Origin: Caecitellus pseudoparvulus
Lineage: Eukaryota > Protista > Bigyra: Bicosoecida
Length of the DNA stretch: 62,892 nucleotides
Assembly (NCBI GenBank): GCA_965644315.1
Contig: CBFFRQ010000147.1
Location: 1 to 62,892, forward strand
Reading direction: 5' to 3'
Part shown: positions 1 through 10,600 of the stretch, in pieces
Position numbering within the stretch: the stretch's first letter is position 1
How the letters are laid out: every line of letters begins with the position of its first letter
The notes under the pieces: model-generated
What the model saw: only the letters and a program-made list of their open reading frames with translations
Database searches by the model: none
Told to the model about the DNA's origin: nothing
Made by a program: the position numbers and the translations under genes

Positions 1-89
1 GTTTCTTGCTGGAAACGTATGTCGGGCGACATACCGACATACGGCACCGGTGCCCGTATGTCGGTGAACCTGTTAGAAGTGTCGGTATG
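1..89. repeat. Left terminal inverted repeat and palindromic subterminal repeat cluster
   Basis: GTATGTCG at 17-24 and 56-63, CGACATAC at 27-34 and 35-42. Positions 33-44 (ACCGACATACGG) are the exact reverse complement of 54-65, around an internal GCACCGGTGC palindrome. TGTCGGTATG at 80-89 is the reverse complement of 30-39. Confidence 0.85.
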
Positions 90-572
90 GCAGATTTAGC
101 GACATTCTGACAAACAAATTTTCTCGTTTGAGCACCCCCACCCCACCCTGCCGCGCTCCGCACCCGTAGCCCGCCCGGTGTGATTGAAACAAGCTTTGCA
201 TGGAATGCATTTTGTTGATATTGTATCTGCTTTCTATTATTGGATTTCTGCTCAGGAGGTGGCAAGCGCGCCACGTGCACTTGTGAGAATGAACTGTGAA
301 GAGTGCAGGGCGATATGAGGTAAAATCAGTAGCATGCATGCGATTTTCATACTTGTTTCGGTCGTTTTGGTTCTCGTCAGATCTCGATGGCCTTCCACCT
401 GGGGAAACTCGCGAGGGGCGAGTGAGGCTAACGGTTGCGTTACAGCTGAAACGTGCGGACACACCTGAGGCAAATTGTGTAGGTACTTGCGAGGTTTCGT
501 CTGTCATCTGCGAAGGGGGCAATCTAAGTCTTGTTAAGGTCTCAAATCCATTTGTTTTGAATTGATGAGTGG

Positions 573-1895
573 TTACTTCCGCTTTCTGCGTGAGCGCACC
601 CCCTCCCGCTCCTCCGCCTCCTCCTCCCCTTCTCCTTCTCGGGGCCTCCTCGTGCCCCCAATGATGGCCTGTGCGCGCCCAGAGGATGGCGTGGGCGCAA
701 TGCTTGTAAGTTCGGCCAGGGATCCCTCATCTGAACTCTCTTCTGGTGTTTGATCTATTGGAGACGCGCTGTCCTCCCCACCGGAAGCCAGCTCTTCTCC
801 ACATTGCATGTGATTCACCACCCAGGCAAGCCTGGGGGCTGTCCACTGCTCCACACGGAGCAAGATCCACGCGCCTGCAATGATGGGAAGGAGGTCGCGC
901 AGCTGCTCTGTGCGGAGCCTGTGGAAGCCTGGACCCATGTTCACCTCGGTGCAGCTGATGAGGGAGGCTTGAAGGGACGCATGTTTACTCTTCAGTCCAG
1001 AGTTCCACGCTTTAGCACAGGCCAACCAGAGGTTCTTGATGGCTTCTTCCTCTGGAAGCAGCTCCTCGTGTGACTCCTTCAGCGCCACAGCGCGGGACTG
1101 GTTCAGGAGGCGAGGGATGTGCACCGTCCAAGGTCCATCCGGGGTCATGTATGTTCTGAAGTTCTTGAAGTTCGCTGCCCAGACTCGCTCGACCTGTGAA
1201 GAAGAGAGTTTACCCGACTCGCCTTCCCAGCTGACGAAGCACTTGAGTTCACGGGTGATGTACTCCCTCCCGCAAACTGGCTTGTACAGCTCGATGTCCA
1301 CGAGCTCCAGGATCAGGGGTGGGTCGGTGCGCGGGCCTGACTCCGACCCAGCTGAGCCTTCAGACAAGTCCTTGCACTCCTTGTCTGCGCATGCCACCAC
1401 CTCCTGGGGGCGGCCCTCGATGGTGTGGTGCTGAGGAAAGAAGCGTTTCTTCCTGGTGGATCGGGTCATGGAGGTTCGCACGTGGCTCCTGAGGAGGGTC
1501 TGACTTGCGAGCAAGCCATCCCCTTGACAGCACGCCTCGTCTTGCAGGAGTTCAAGTAAAATGTCGTCATCCCCCTCGCTTTGCGTCAGAGTCAGACCTT
1601 TCTGGTGCGTCTCGTTCACGTTGATCAGCATGTTATCGAGTATGTTTGCGTGACAGGAAAGGAGCCCAGCCTGCGCATGTCTGGTTGCATGGGACATCAC
1701 CCTGAGAAGGCCCTTTTTCCAGGCATCAGCCTCAACCCCTTTATCGCGAGCATTGATGACTGCTTTGCGCAGAGGGCACTGAGCAGCAATCGCGACGTCC
1801 TTGCTTGAGGATGACAGCGTCTTTCGAGAGGAGCTTGCCTTCTGCTCTTTCTCTACGCGTTCAAGTCTCTCTAACATCACCAGCAGCATCTCCAA
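573..1895 (-). CDS. Hypothetical transposon accessory protein (440 aa ORF; true start uncertain, possibly a spliced upstream exon)
   Basis: Long ORF inside the transposon, divergent from the transposase. It has an N-terminal coiled-coil-like segment (LERLERVEKEQK) and an acidic C-terminus ending in an NLS-like RSRRKRK. On the minus strand a pyrimidine tract plus CAG (TTCCTTCCCTTGCACAG) ends at about 1922, just upstream, and looks like a 3' splice site. Confidence 0.55.
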   Translation of the reverse strand: MEMLLVMLERLERVEKEQKASSSRKTLSSSSKDVAIAAQCPLRKAVINARDKGVEADAWKKGLLRVMSHATRHAQAGLLSCHANILDNMLINVNETHQKGLTLTQSEGDDDILLELLQDEACCQGDGLLASQTLLRSHVRTSMTRSTRKKRFFPQHHTIEGRPQEVVACADKECKDLSEGSAGSESGPRTDPPLILELVDIELYKPVCGREYITRELKCFVSWEGESGKLSSSQVERVWAANFKNFRTYMTPDGPWTVHIPRLLNQSRAVALKESHEELLPEEEAIKNLWLACAKAWNSGLKSKHASLQASLISCTEVNMGPGFHRLRTEQLRDLLPIIAGAWILLRVEQWTAPRLAWVVNHMQCGEELASGGEDSASPIDQTPEESSDEGSLAELTSIAPTPSSGRAQAIIGGTRRPREGEGEEEAEEREGVRSRRKRK

Positions 1896-2519
1896 ACGAG
1901 TGGACTCGCTCAGTTCACTCCCTGTGCAAGGGAAGGAAGATATATGCGCGCCAGCTCAGCTTATCAGCTCAGCCTTGGGAGTGGGTGGCAGTTGTGGTTG
2001 CCTCAGCCGGCAAATGCAGCGCCTACCCTCTTCTGGAGCAGGAAACCCCAACTTCTTGCACAGAATTTTCGTGATGCGCCTGTTGTGTGCGGTGGATGCT
2101 GTGGAGTGGGGTGGGAGCAAGCATGGTTCCAAGACCAAGGGTGCGGCTTTTGAATGGGATTGAGTACGACATACACGATGACTCCATGGCTGAGCAGTTG
2201 CTTCTCAAGGCTTTTGCGTGAACAGTAAATGCACTGGCACTTGTCTCAAGAGTTAATGCGCGCAGTGTAGTGAAAGTGTCACGTTCTGTCTGTGATGCGC
2301 CGTGTTGGTTTTGAAGGGTCAACGATTTCCGCAACTCGGGCTTGCCTTCGATTGACTGGGCGTCTGGCGGATAAAACCTATTGAATTCCGAGCTGCTTGC
2401 TGCTACAACTATTCTCATAAAACCTCTGCAGTTTTTCCGTCCGTCGTTCCTCTACTCAGTGCTACTTTATCTCGTATTGCGGGTTTGACAACGCCCTTCA
2501 CGGCCCTTCCGAACTGAAT

Positions 2520-5500
2520 ATGGCTCATTCACCCCTTCACGCCGAGAAGCCGCACAAGTGCGCAACTTGTAAGCGTGTTTTCAAGCGAGTATCAGACCGC
2601 AATCAGCACCTAAGGCGTAGCAGGGCGTGTCGGGCAGAGGCGGCGCGTCAACAGAGGGCATGGCTCCAACCATGCCCACTGGCTCAAGAAGGACGGGATG
2701 ATGGGGGTACCTGGGCGGGGGCTGACGACACTGAGAGCCTGTCTTTCACTGATACAATTCTCGACCAGACACAGTTCTTTCCTGATCTGGTGTCGCAGAC
2801 AGGGGCGGGGGCCGCGTCAAGTCGGAGCCTTCCTTGCAGAGAAGGAAGTGGCTCCGACACCTCGTGGGAAGAGTTGGAAGGGGAGGAGGTAAGTGAAAGC
2901 GACGGAGGTGAGCCGGCCTTGTTCACAGGCAGGAACCTACATGCGGAGGGCGAGGCGCAAGATGTTTCAGTTGGTCGACAGCAGGCCCAGGGCGTGTCTG
3001 TGTTTGACGGAGTTGGACCCCCACCCCTCTCGACAACGCGCCCGAGGGTCGCATCCAACCTGAACATGAGCGCGGTAAGATCCATTCGAGAGGTTGCTGA
3101 GGCCAGGGCCCGCTTCTCTCAGGAGGATGCGGAGAAGTTCGACTTTCTTGTGAGGGTGTATCGCACCGGGCTGTCGGCTGCCAGTGCATTCGCCATCGCT
3201 CGTGACCAGTGGGTGAAAGATGTTCACAGATTTGGCAGGGAAGGAGACCCGAGATGTAGCATATCTAGGCCTATCAAACCACTAGACCTCTTGGCCGATT
3301 TCCGACACAGGGCAGCATCAGATCCAGGAGTGCTGCCCTTGCGCGCTCACAAGGTTCCAATGCCCATGGGCCTTCTCACAGGCGACAGAAGTCTGGGGCA
3401 TCTAACCCTGTATGGCACAAGTATCGTCGACGCAGCGATTAATATGCTTGCCCGACTGGACCCCCTGCGGCTGCTGCCCAACATTGGGTCTGGAGAATGG
3501 GCGGATCCCGTCCTAACCCCAGGGGTTGACGTTGAAATGGGGGCAACACTTGCAGGTGAGGTCTCCGCCGCTTGGACACAGTCTGATGCCATATGCCAAG
3601 CTGCCTTTGACACTCAGTGCAGGCAGCGATCCAGTGCTGGTCGTTGCGAGCCTCCACCCCCACCTCTCTCGACGCCCATGCTCCGAAAGCCGGCGGTGCT
3701 GGGTGGGAGGCTGCAAGGCCTTGTCATGGCTGGCGTGCAGGCTTCTTCCCCCTCCACACTCTCCGAGTTCCAAGGGGGAGAATGCGCGCGGCAGAGCTTG
3801 GCACTTACCCTTCCACACGGTGCACTCCCCTTAGTCCTCAGTCTTTTCCTAGACGGGGCCAGCGCCGGACGCCATGGAGCACACGAGCTGACACCGCTCA
3901 GCGTTCGATGCCTTCAGTTGCCGACCAAAGAGGCGAGGGGAGTCGCATCAGCCAGTCTGCTTGCCATGCTCCCTTCATACCAAGCCATGACTGTGGCGTC
4001 GAAGGCTGTCGAGAGAGGGGGGGCATCGGCAGCTCTCGTTAGACATCGGGCATTTCAGAACACCTTGGAAGCCATTGTCTTCAAGCCCTTGGCAAACATC
4101 TGGGCTTCCGGGGGTTTGGCCGTCCCTGTTCCCCACGAAGCCATACAGAGTCTCCGGTCGATTGGGATTAAGGTGACTGTGGTCCACCACGCAGGAACGA
4201 GCGTACCATATGCCAGAGTCTTGCCCGTGATCGGACTCCTAAGCTTGGACATGAAGGAAGCCTGGAGGGTCTTCAACCTGTTATCATTGTCCCAGGTGGC
4301 CTGTAGATGCAAACCGAAACAGGAAGGGACACCAACGGACTTGGGAGTGTCTGCATCTGTCCACTTGCGCACGCGGTGCCGGCTACGTGGAGGCCAAGAG
4401 CACCTCCTTGCACTACGAGGATCACAAGGGCAAGAGCCCGGACAGGACGTCGACCAGGTTCTGGGTGGGCGGAAGTTCCCAAGTGACGTGTGTGCAGCCG
4501 AGCGATACGCGTGGATGTTCGTCGGTGAAAACCCGTACGTCGCGCGCCCTCCGGACCGCTTGCACGTCTTTGCGGCAACTATCGCGGGCGATCAAGTCTG
4601 GAAGCACTTGCAGGCAGCGATGAGGGCACGCCCAGCACGGTCTGCTCGGCCATTGAAAGAACGACAAGACATTCTGCATCAACGGCTTCGAAGCACTTGG
4701 TCCCAGGAGGTCGACGGGACGAAGCTTACCGGAGCGCTCCAGTCCACCATCCATAGACTTCTTTCCAGCGCAATGTTGAGCATGGAACAGAGACTTGGAA
4801 TTCTCCCTCACCTGGCCTGGGTCATTGGGAATGACGACTCAATTATTCCCAGCGTTGAAGTGCGACAGCTCTTTCAGTTGCTTCTTGGCACAATCGAGGT
4901 CGTGTGCCACTTCCTGTACGTGCGGCCTGTGTCTGCACCAGGTGACCCATGTCGCATCTCTCAGTGGCTAGCGAGACTGAACACTGTGTACAGTTTGCTG
5001 GCAGCACACGTCGCTCGCCGATCCCTGAAGCGAATGAGGCCAGGGTTCAGCAGACAAGGGGCGCATGCTGGCCTTCAGATGTCAACGAATGCTGCCCCAC
5101 CAGACCCCCAGAGCGTGGACTACCCTAAGGCGCACGAGAGTCTACACTTTGGAAGTGCATTGTGGTGGTTTGGGTCCCTAGAAGCTACAGATACTGATGT
5201 CGGCGAATCATTCCACACCGTGGTCAAGGGGGCATGGCGAAGCCTCAACACTGGTAAGTCCAATCTACTCCAGCGGATCGCCGAGCGAGTGCTCTTCATC
5301 ACCTGGCACAGCAGTTTTGACCTCCCGCCGACGCCATTCGAACGACGCGCTTCTGAATGGCACACAAGGTGCCTCTCTTGGCGCGCAGCGTGTGTCCTAA
5401 ACCCTGATGGAGTTGCATACTCAACCCTGGCAACCCCCGTGAGATCTCGACGATTGACGTCGAGCGAAGGAAACCTCTTATCCCGCATACCTGACGGTGC

Positions 5501-6086
5501 CATCCAACCATTTAGTGCTTGGGCTGGCAAACATGTCTTCTATTCCCAGTCTTTAGGCTTGTCTGTGAGGCTTCCTGCTGGGACACTTGTTGGGCCTGAG
5601 CCCCTCCCGCGAGACAGAACACTGCAGATCTTCACCAAAGTGAGGTTGCGTTTCCCATCAGGAAACACCAACATGATCTCCCTTCCAGCCTACCTCGACA
5701 CCGTCGTGGAAACACCTTTCGAGGGACAGGACTGGCGAGCTTTGAGCCCAATATTGGCAGTCCTGTGCTTCGCCCCTGCACCTCCTACAGTGGCCACAGC
5801 CTCCGGAACACCAACACCGGATGCTGACAACGGCGAAGTGTACATACTGTATACGGACCTGAGACCGACAGTCACTGATGTTTCGGGGTGGGCACGAGTC
5901 GCGAAACCGGATGAAGGCAGCCGCGTGGCGCTCATGAACTGCACAAGCATTCGTGGGGAGTCGGTGGTTGCATTGCGGCCGTCCTTACTTCAAGAAGAGG
6001 ATGCCACATATTTGCACCACTGGCTTCAAGCCGGACTGGCGGGCAAGCAGCGCCAAACATCCCAGTCCAGGCGATGGAGACGATAA
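2520..6086 (+). CDS. Plavaka-family (CACTA-like) DDE transposase with N-terminal C2H2 zinc finger, 1188 aa
   Basis: C2H2-like finger HKCATCKRVFKRVSDRNQHLRRSRAC. Plavaka-type motifs occur in the expected order: LSLFLDGAS...ELTPLSVRCLQLP...LLAMLP (first D, codon 3852), LSLDMKEA (second D, 4248), PDRLH, and YPKAHESLHFGSALWWFGSLEATDTDVGESFHTVVKGAWR (E, 5205). No stops or frameshifts. Confidence 0.8.
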   Translation: MAHSPLHAEKPHKCATCKRVFKRVSDRNQHLRRSRACRAEAARQQRAWLQPCPLAQEGRDDGGTWAGADDTESLSFTDTILDQTQFFPDLVSQTGAGAASSRSLPCREGSGSDTSWEELEGEEVSESDGGEPALFTGRNLHAEGEAQDVSVGRQQAQGVSVFDGVGPPPLSTTRPRVASNLNMSAVRSIREVAEARARFSQEDAEKFDFLVRVYRTGLSAASAFAIARDQWVKDVHRFGREGDPRCSISRPIKPLDLLADFRHRAASDPGVLPLRAHKVPMPMGLLTGDRSLGHLTLYGTSIVDAAINMLARLDPLRLLPNIGSGEWADPVLTPGVDVEMGATLAGEVSAAWTQSDAICQAAFDTQCRQRSSAGRCEPPPPPLSTPMLRKPAVLGGRLQGLVMAGVQASSPSTLSEFQGGECARQSLALTLPHGALPLVLSLFLDGASAGRHGAHELTPLSVRCLQLPTKEARGVASASLLAMLPSYQAMTVASKAVERGGASAALVRHRAFQNTLEAIVFKPLANIWASGGLAVPVPHEAIQSLRSIGIKVTVVHHAGTSVPYARVLPVIGLLSLDMKEAWRVFNLLSLSQVACRCKPKQEGTPTDLGVSASVHLRTRCRLRGGQEHLLALRGSQGQEPGQDVDQVLGGRKFPSDVCAAERYAWMFVGENPYVARPPDRLHVFAATIAGDQVWKHLQAAMRARPARSARPLKERQDILHQRLRSTWSQEVDGTKLTGALQSTIHRLLSSAMLSMEQRLGILPHLAWVIGNDDSIIPSVEVRQLFQLLLGTIEVVCHFLYVRPVSAPGDPCRISQWLARLNTVYSLLAAHVARRSLKRMRPGFSRQGAHAGLQMSTNAAPPDPQSVDYPKAHESLHFGSALWWFGSLEATDTDVGESFHTVVKGAWRSLNTGKSNLLQRIAERVLFITWHSSFDLPPTPFERRASEWHTRCLSWRAACVLNPDGVAYSTLATPVRSRRLTSSEGNLLSRIPDGAIQPFSAWAGKHVFYSQSLGLSVRLPAGTLVGPEPLPRDRTLQIFTKVRLRFPSGNTNMISLPAYLDTVVETPFEGQDWRALSPILAVLCFAPAPPTVATASGTPTPDADNGEVYILYTDLRPTVTDVSGWARVAKPDEGSRVALMNCTSIRGESVVALRPSLLQEEDATYLHHWLQAGLAGKQRQTSQSRRWRR

Positions 6087-6758
6087 GCCGGGCCACCTCG
6101 AAGTCTCAAAGCGGCGGACCAGTGTCCAGCCCACGAACGATACCTTACACGCGGGGTTGGAACTTGTCGCAATGGTGGAAAGAGTTGTAGGACGCAGTTG
6201 AAACAGCGCCATGGCCCACTTCCTGACGGGGTCACCCCACTCGAGACCACCTCGAGACACTCAGAGCAGACCAGACTCTAACCTCTGCGGGGGCACCATG
6301 AAGCGGGAGAGGCGAACACGGCTGATACTGCCAGCAAGCGCGTGACACCATCCCGGAGGTTATGAGAGTCCATGTGGAGCTTGCTCGCATGCCCTCCGTG
6401 GCGCGCAGCTCAAACCCTGTATATGGGCTGTCGCAACCGAGCGTGAGGGTCGCTTGGGCGGGCGACCCAGAGAACTTTGCAACTTCATATCTGGGCAACC
6501 ACTGATATTCATAGCAATCCACGCATATCAGCGGAATCACATGACACTACTCTTTCGATTGAGACCTTAAAATTAGAAAATTATTTTTTTGGGCTGTGAT
6601 CGCCTTCTTTCCAGGGCTCTGCCCAGGGGCCCAAATTTAAAACCTCACGTGACAAAAAAATATTCCAACACAGCTAATAAGATGGAATACACCAACCCGA
6701 AGATACTCTTAAATTTTTCTGCAGGATATTCTGTGCTGAGATATCGTGAAGAGAAAAA

Positions 6759-6823
6759 GCGACATACGGATGACATACGGTGTTTGTCGGCAAGTCATCC
6801 GACATACACCCCTCCAAGAAACA
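6759..6823. repeat. Right terminal inverted repeat and subterminal repeat cluster
   Basis: GACATACGG at 6761-6769 and 6772-6780, CCGACATAC at 6799-6807. Positions 6779-6790 and 6799-6810 form a 12-bp inverted pair with 1 mismatch. Terminal CAAGAAAC(A) is the reverse complement of the window's first bases. Confidence 0.85.
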
Positions 6824-7621
6824 TGACGGTGGGCTTGCCTTCCTGGGCCGCTGCATGTTTTTCAGCGTCCCAAGCCAAGCAGCACATGCCCGAGAGTCTC
6901 CAATGAGCTTTCTTCCATGCTCAGCAGCCGAGTAGGGCTGGCTCAATCGCCCCAGTGCCCTCGAACAAGTGCTCCAAAGTGGGACGCAGAGCTTTGGTCG
7001 CTGCGGCCAGCGGAAGGAGGGGGGGTCAAAGGGGCCGCTGGTGTGCGCCACCCACAGGTCTCTCACTTCTGAACTCGGGACACATTACTTCACCCAACCC
7101 AGACTTGTAGGTTTGGGCTCCTCACCGTACGAGTGCGGGTGCCAGCCACGTATTCGTGCAGCGCGCCTGTCTTGTACCTCGGCACGCGCCGGACAGGCTG
7201 CCCTCTTTGTGCCGCCTGCTACGACGCGTGAAGTCGAACCGACAAGCTATTCCTGTACGTGCCTTGTGCTGTGTACATAGTGTGCGTCTGACTTCCCCCT
7301 GAGCGAGCAGCGCCCGTGCTCACTGAGAGCTTGCGTGCAGTGCAAGCTTCAGTCAGCTTGCCGAACGCTGCATTCCGCACGCGTGCTGCCCTGTGTCTTC
7401 ACGCACTGTGGCTCACTCGTGAAGAGCCAACACCTGCGCAAGGAGGCCTGGTGACAGGCATCCATGCTAGGCTTGATACGTAGGGCTTGGTAGGGGTCTT
7501 GCCCACGTGTTCCGCGAGCAATTCCCTCCTCGCCTTTCCAGCGCTTGTGTGCCTTCACACCTTCCACTTCCACAACATTAGTTCATTTCTTCCTTCAACC
7601 CTCTTTGCAGTATCATCGCCC

Positions 7622-10600
7622 ATGAGAGCACCTTCCTTGGCCTTCCTGGCCCTTGCCTCTGTTGTCAGCAGTGCTTGGGCTACAAGTTGCCCCGTGGGTG
7701 GAACCCTCGCTACGTGGGACACCAATTTCGACACATGCATCGACGTCGAGACTGCAGCTGCTTTTGGCCCACCCCCAACGTGCACGTACGGGTCACTTTG
7801 GACGCCGCTGGAACAGTCTGAAGTGGTTGCTGTGCAGTCAGCTGCTTCGTCGACGGTTTTCGTTGCCAAGTGGAGCAACTCCCGCCACGAATTCGTCGAC
7901 AGAAATGACAACGCCCTACCTGAGAGCATTGTGCAGGCCATCGTCTCTGATGTGCCTGGAGCAACACTGCACCCCATCGTGACAGGGGCGACAGACGCCT
8001 GCTTTGCGTTTGACGGCTCATCGTATGTGGAGGAGACCTGCAGCAACTCCCTGGACACCATCTGCAACGAAGCCGCCACTTGCACTGGTATTCTGGAGTA
8101 CAATGCCGCAACACGGCGCTGCCATTTGCCGTACCTGTTTACAAAAGCAGACCCTTCCACTCCGTACGGGCCTGACGTGACTTCAACCGACTACACGGCC
8201 CCCATTTCTGCAACCGTGTATGTTGGCAGCGACACGCTCTTCCAGCTCTTTGTTGACAAGAACCTCCCAGGCACGGACCTGTCCACCGTGAGCACATTAA
8301 ATGAAGCTGGGGCGTGCAGCTTGACCCCCGTTGCTTCGCACTCAGCCGCGAGTGGCGGCATTCGTGAGAACGTTCACATTACCGCTGACACGTCAGGATG
8401 CACTGCTGGCCAGACCAGCACCTTTGACGCCATTATCGGCTCCCACACGCTGAGCTTCTCCGTCACGATCAAAGCCCTGGACGACTCCTTCGGGCTGGAT
8501 GGTTACCCAGGAAATCCCGTCGCTGCAGCTTTCAATCTCAACCTCGTTGGTGCCTCAGTTGCCACCACTCTTTCTCGCCCCATTTCCGTGCTGAACGTTG
8601 CTAGTTCGGCAGCAAAGGTGGTGGGGACCAGTATCGACGACATAACCAATGTCGCAAATGGGGACACACCTGCAGTCTCGACAACCCACGATGAATACGG
8701 TGCAGTGTCTGTGGACTTGCAAGCAAAGGATGGCTCTGATGCAGATGTCGGAGCTGCCATGCCGCTATACCTGACACCTGTTGCTGTGTCAGGGACAGAT
8801 ATCCCGACGGCTGTGAGTTTTGCGAGCGCTGGCGACGTAGATGCGACAGCATATGATAAGCGGGTGCACTTCGCTGGCTCCCTCACTGGCTTTGACCCAA
8901 ACGAGCTGGAAGTTCAGGCTGGTCCCTGGTCTGGCAGCACTGCAAGCCTGTTGTTCGGCCAGACTAGTGGTTTCGTGCTCCTCGTTGGCGCTGTCAACTT
9001 CGGCACCACCCTCAGCTTCTCCATTGAGCCAGTGCTTGACGGTACCAGCTTGACTGCTCCAGAGACGCTGACAGTCTTGGATACCGTGTCACTGGCGTGG
9101 TCCTCGACGTCTGGGTCAGTGGATGAAAAGACGGCCTTCTCAGGCTTCACGCTCACTTTCACCGACACAAGCATTGCAGATGATTCGACAGTTGCCGGCA
9201 TTACCTTTTCCGGCAGTCTCGCGACCGCTCTCGGCCTGTCAACCATCAGCGGCTCCGATATGACGGTTTCCCCTGGCTCCGCCACATACACCGTCAGCGT
9301 GGCCAACACCGATATTACAGCGCGTGATGCCTTCGCAGCAGATGGAGGATCAGATTGTGCAGGACCCTGGGGCCTGACAATCACCGGTGCAGTGGCCGCT
9401 GGACAGTCGTCCCCGGAAGCGACGCTGTCGGTCTCCAACGTGGCAGACACATATGCGTTGCAGGGCTCCACGGCCGACTTCGCTGTTGACGAACTGGCAT
9501 CAACTTCATTCACTGTTGACATCCAAGGCCCAGATCTTTTTCCGAGCTGCACGAACACTGCTGCCTTCTCTGCATCCTTTGACATTGCAGCTGCGACGGT
9601 TGATGTCGATTGCTCAGCGGCTGTGACTCTCGTCGACACCCAAAACGGACAAGTAGCTTGCGACGTGGACATCACCGCAGTCAAGTCCGTGCCCGACATT
9701 TATGCTATAGATTCGACAAACTTCAACAGCGGGACTGGCGGAATTACGGCTGACTTGACACTGGGCGGTGGTGCGCAGGCGAGCAACTCCCACACTGCAA
9801 CCATGACTGTGAACAACGTTGACCAGAGCCCAACTAACGTAGCCTTGACGCTACATGTTGACTCCTCCTCTGGGGTGACCGAGTCTGCTCTTGCTGATCA
9901 CAATGTGTTTTCTCTCACGTTCGAAGATGCCGACATAATTGTGGGCGAGCCATCCACCGTCCCAGCTGTGACCTTCACCGACACCGAGTCAAACTTTCTG
10001 GATCTGAAGGTTTCAGGGGCAGCGACGACGAATGGTGAAATAACTCTTCTAGTTCAGCTCAACACTGATTTCGACTTCGAAGGCCTCGGTTTGACTGGCT
10101 ATACCGGGACGTCACCTGCTGCACCGCAAACTGTGACCGTCACAGCTACAGTTGCAGGGCCTGTACCTGATGATGATGGTGCGGATATCGACCTCATCAA
10201 CGTGCAGGAGCTGCCGGCGGCTGCATCCATCACGTACGGGAACTTGCAGGCGGTGTCTGAGAATGCCGGGTCGACTTCAGACCTGGTCACCATCACACTC
10301 ACTAACACTCCGGAATTCGCACACTCATATGTGGGGTTCCTGCAGGTGGTGTCGGTGGCAGACGGGACGCCGCTGGCCACGCCTGCTGGCGGGGACACGA
10401 CGTTGACGCTGACGCCCCACAAGACTGGCAGCGCCGACGTGGACGTGACGGTGCTGGAGCACCTGACGTTTGAGCTGCCGTCCAGCGCGTGGTCTCGGTC
10501 GGGTGCCAGCGTGGTGGCGACGGTGGGCGTGGCGGACTTTGACCTGGAGGCAGTGCTGACGGAGCAGGGCGTGGACTACAGTGACTATGACGCTGCCGGC

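Larger units (their letters stand above)
1..6823 (+). mobile_element. Plavaka/CACTA(EnSpm)-like DNA transposon, apparently complete and possibly autonomous; the left terminus may be clipped by 1-3 nt at the window edge
   Basis: The left end GTTTCTTGCTGGAAACGTATGTCGG (1-25) matches the reverse complement of the right end, GTTTCTTGGAGGGGTGTATGTCGG (6799-6822). Both ends carry clustered GACATAC/GTATGTC motifs and enclose a transposase ORF plus a divergent second ORF. The target-site duplication cannot be checked because the left flank is outside the window. Confidence 0.8.

Noticed and set aside
7487-7621. 45-codon N-terminal extension of the giant ORF from a TTG start
   Set aside because: The ATG at 7622 directly begins a clean signal peptide, and the upstream part is a pyrimidine-rich, UTR-like tract.
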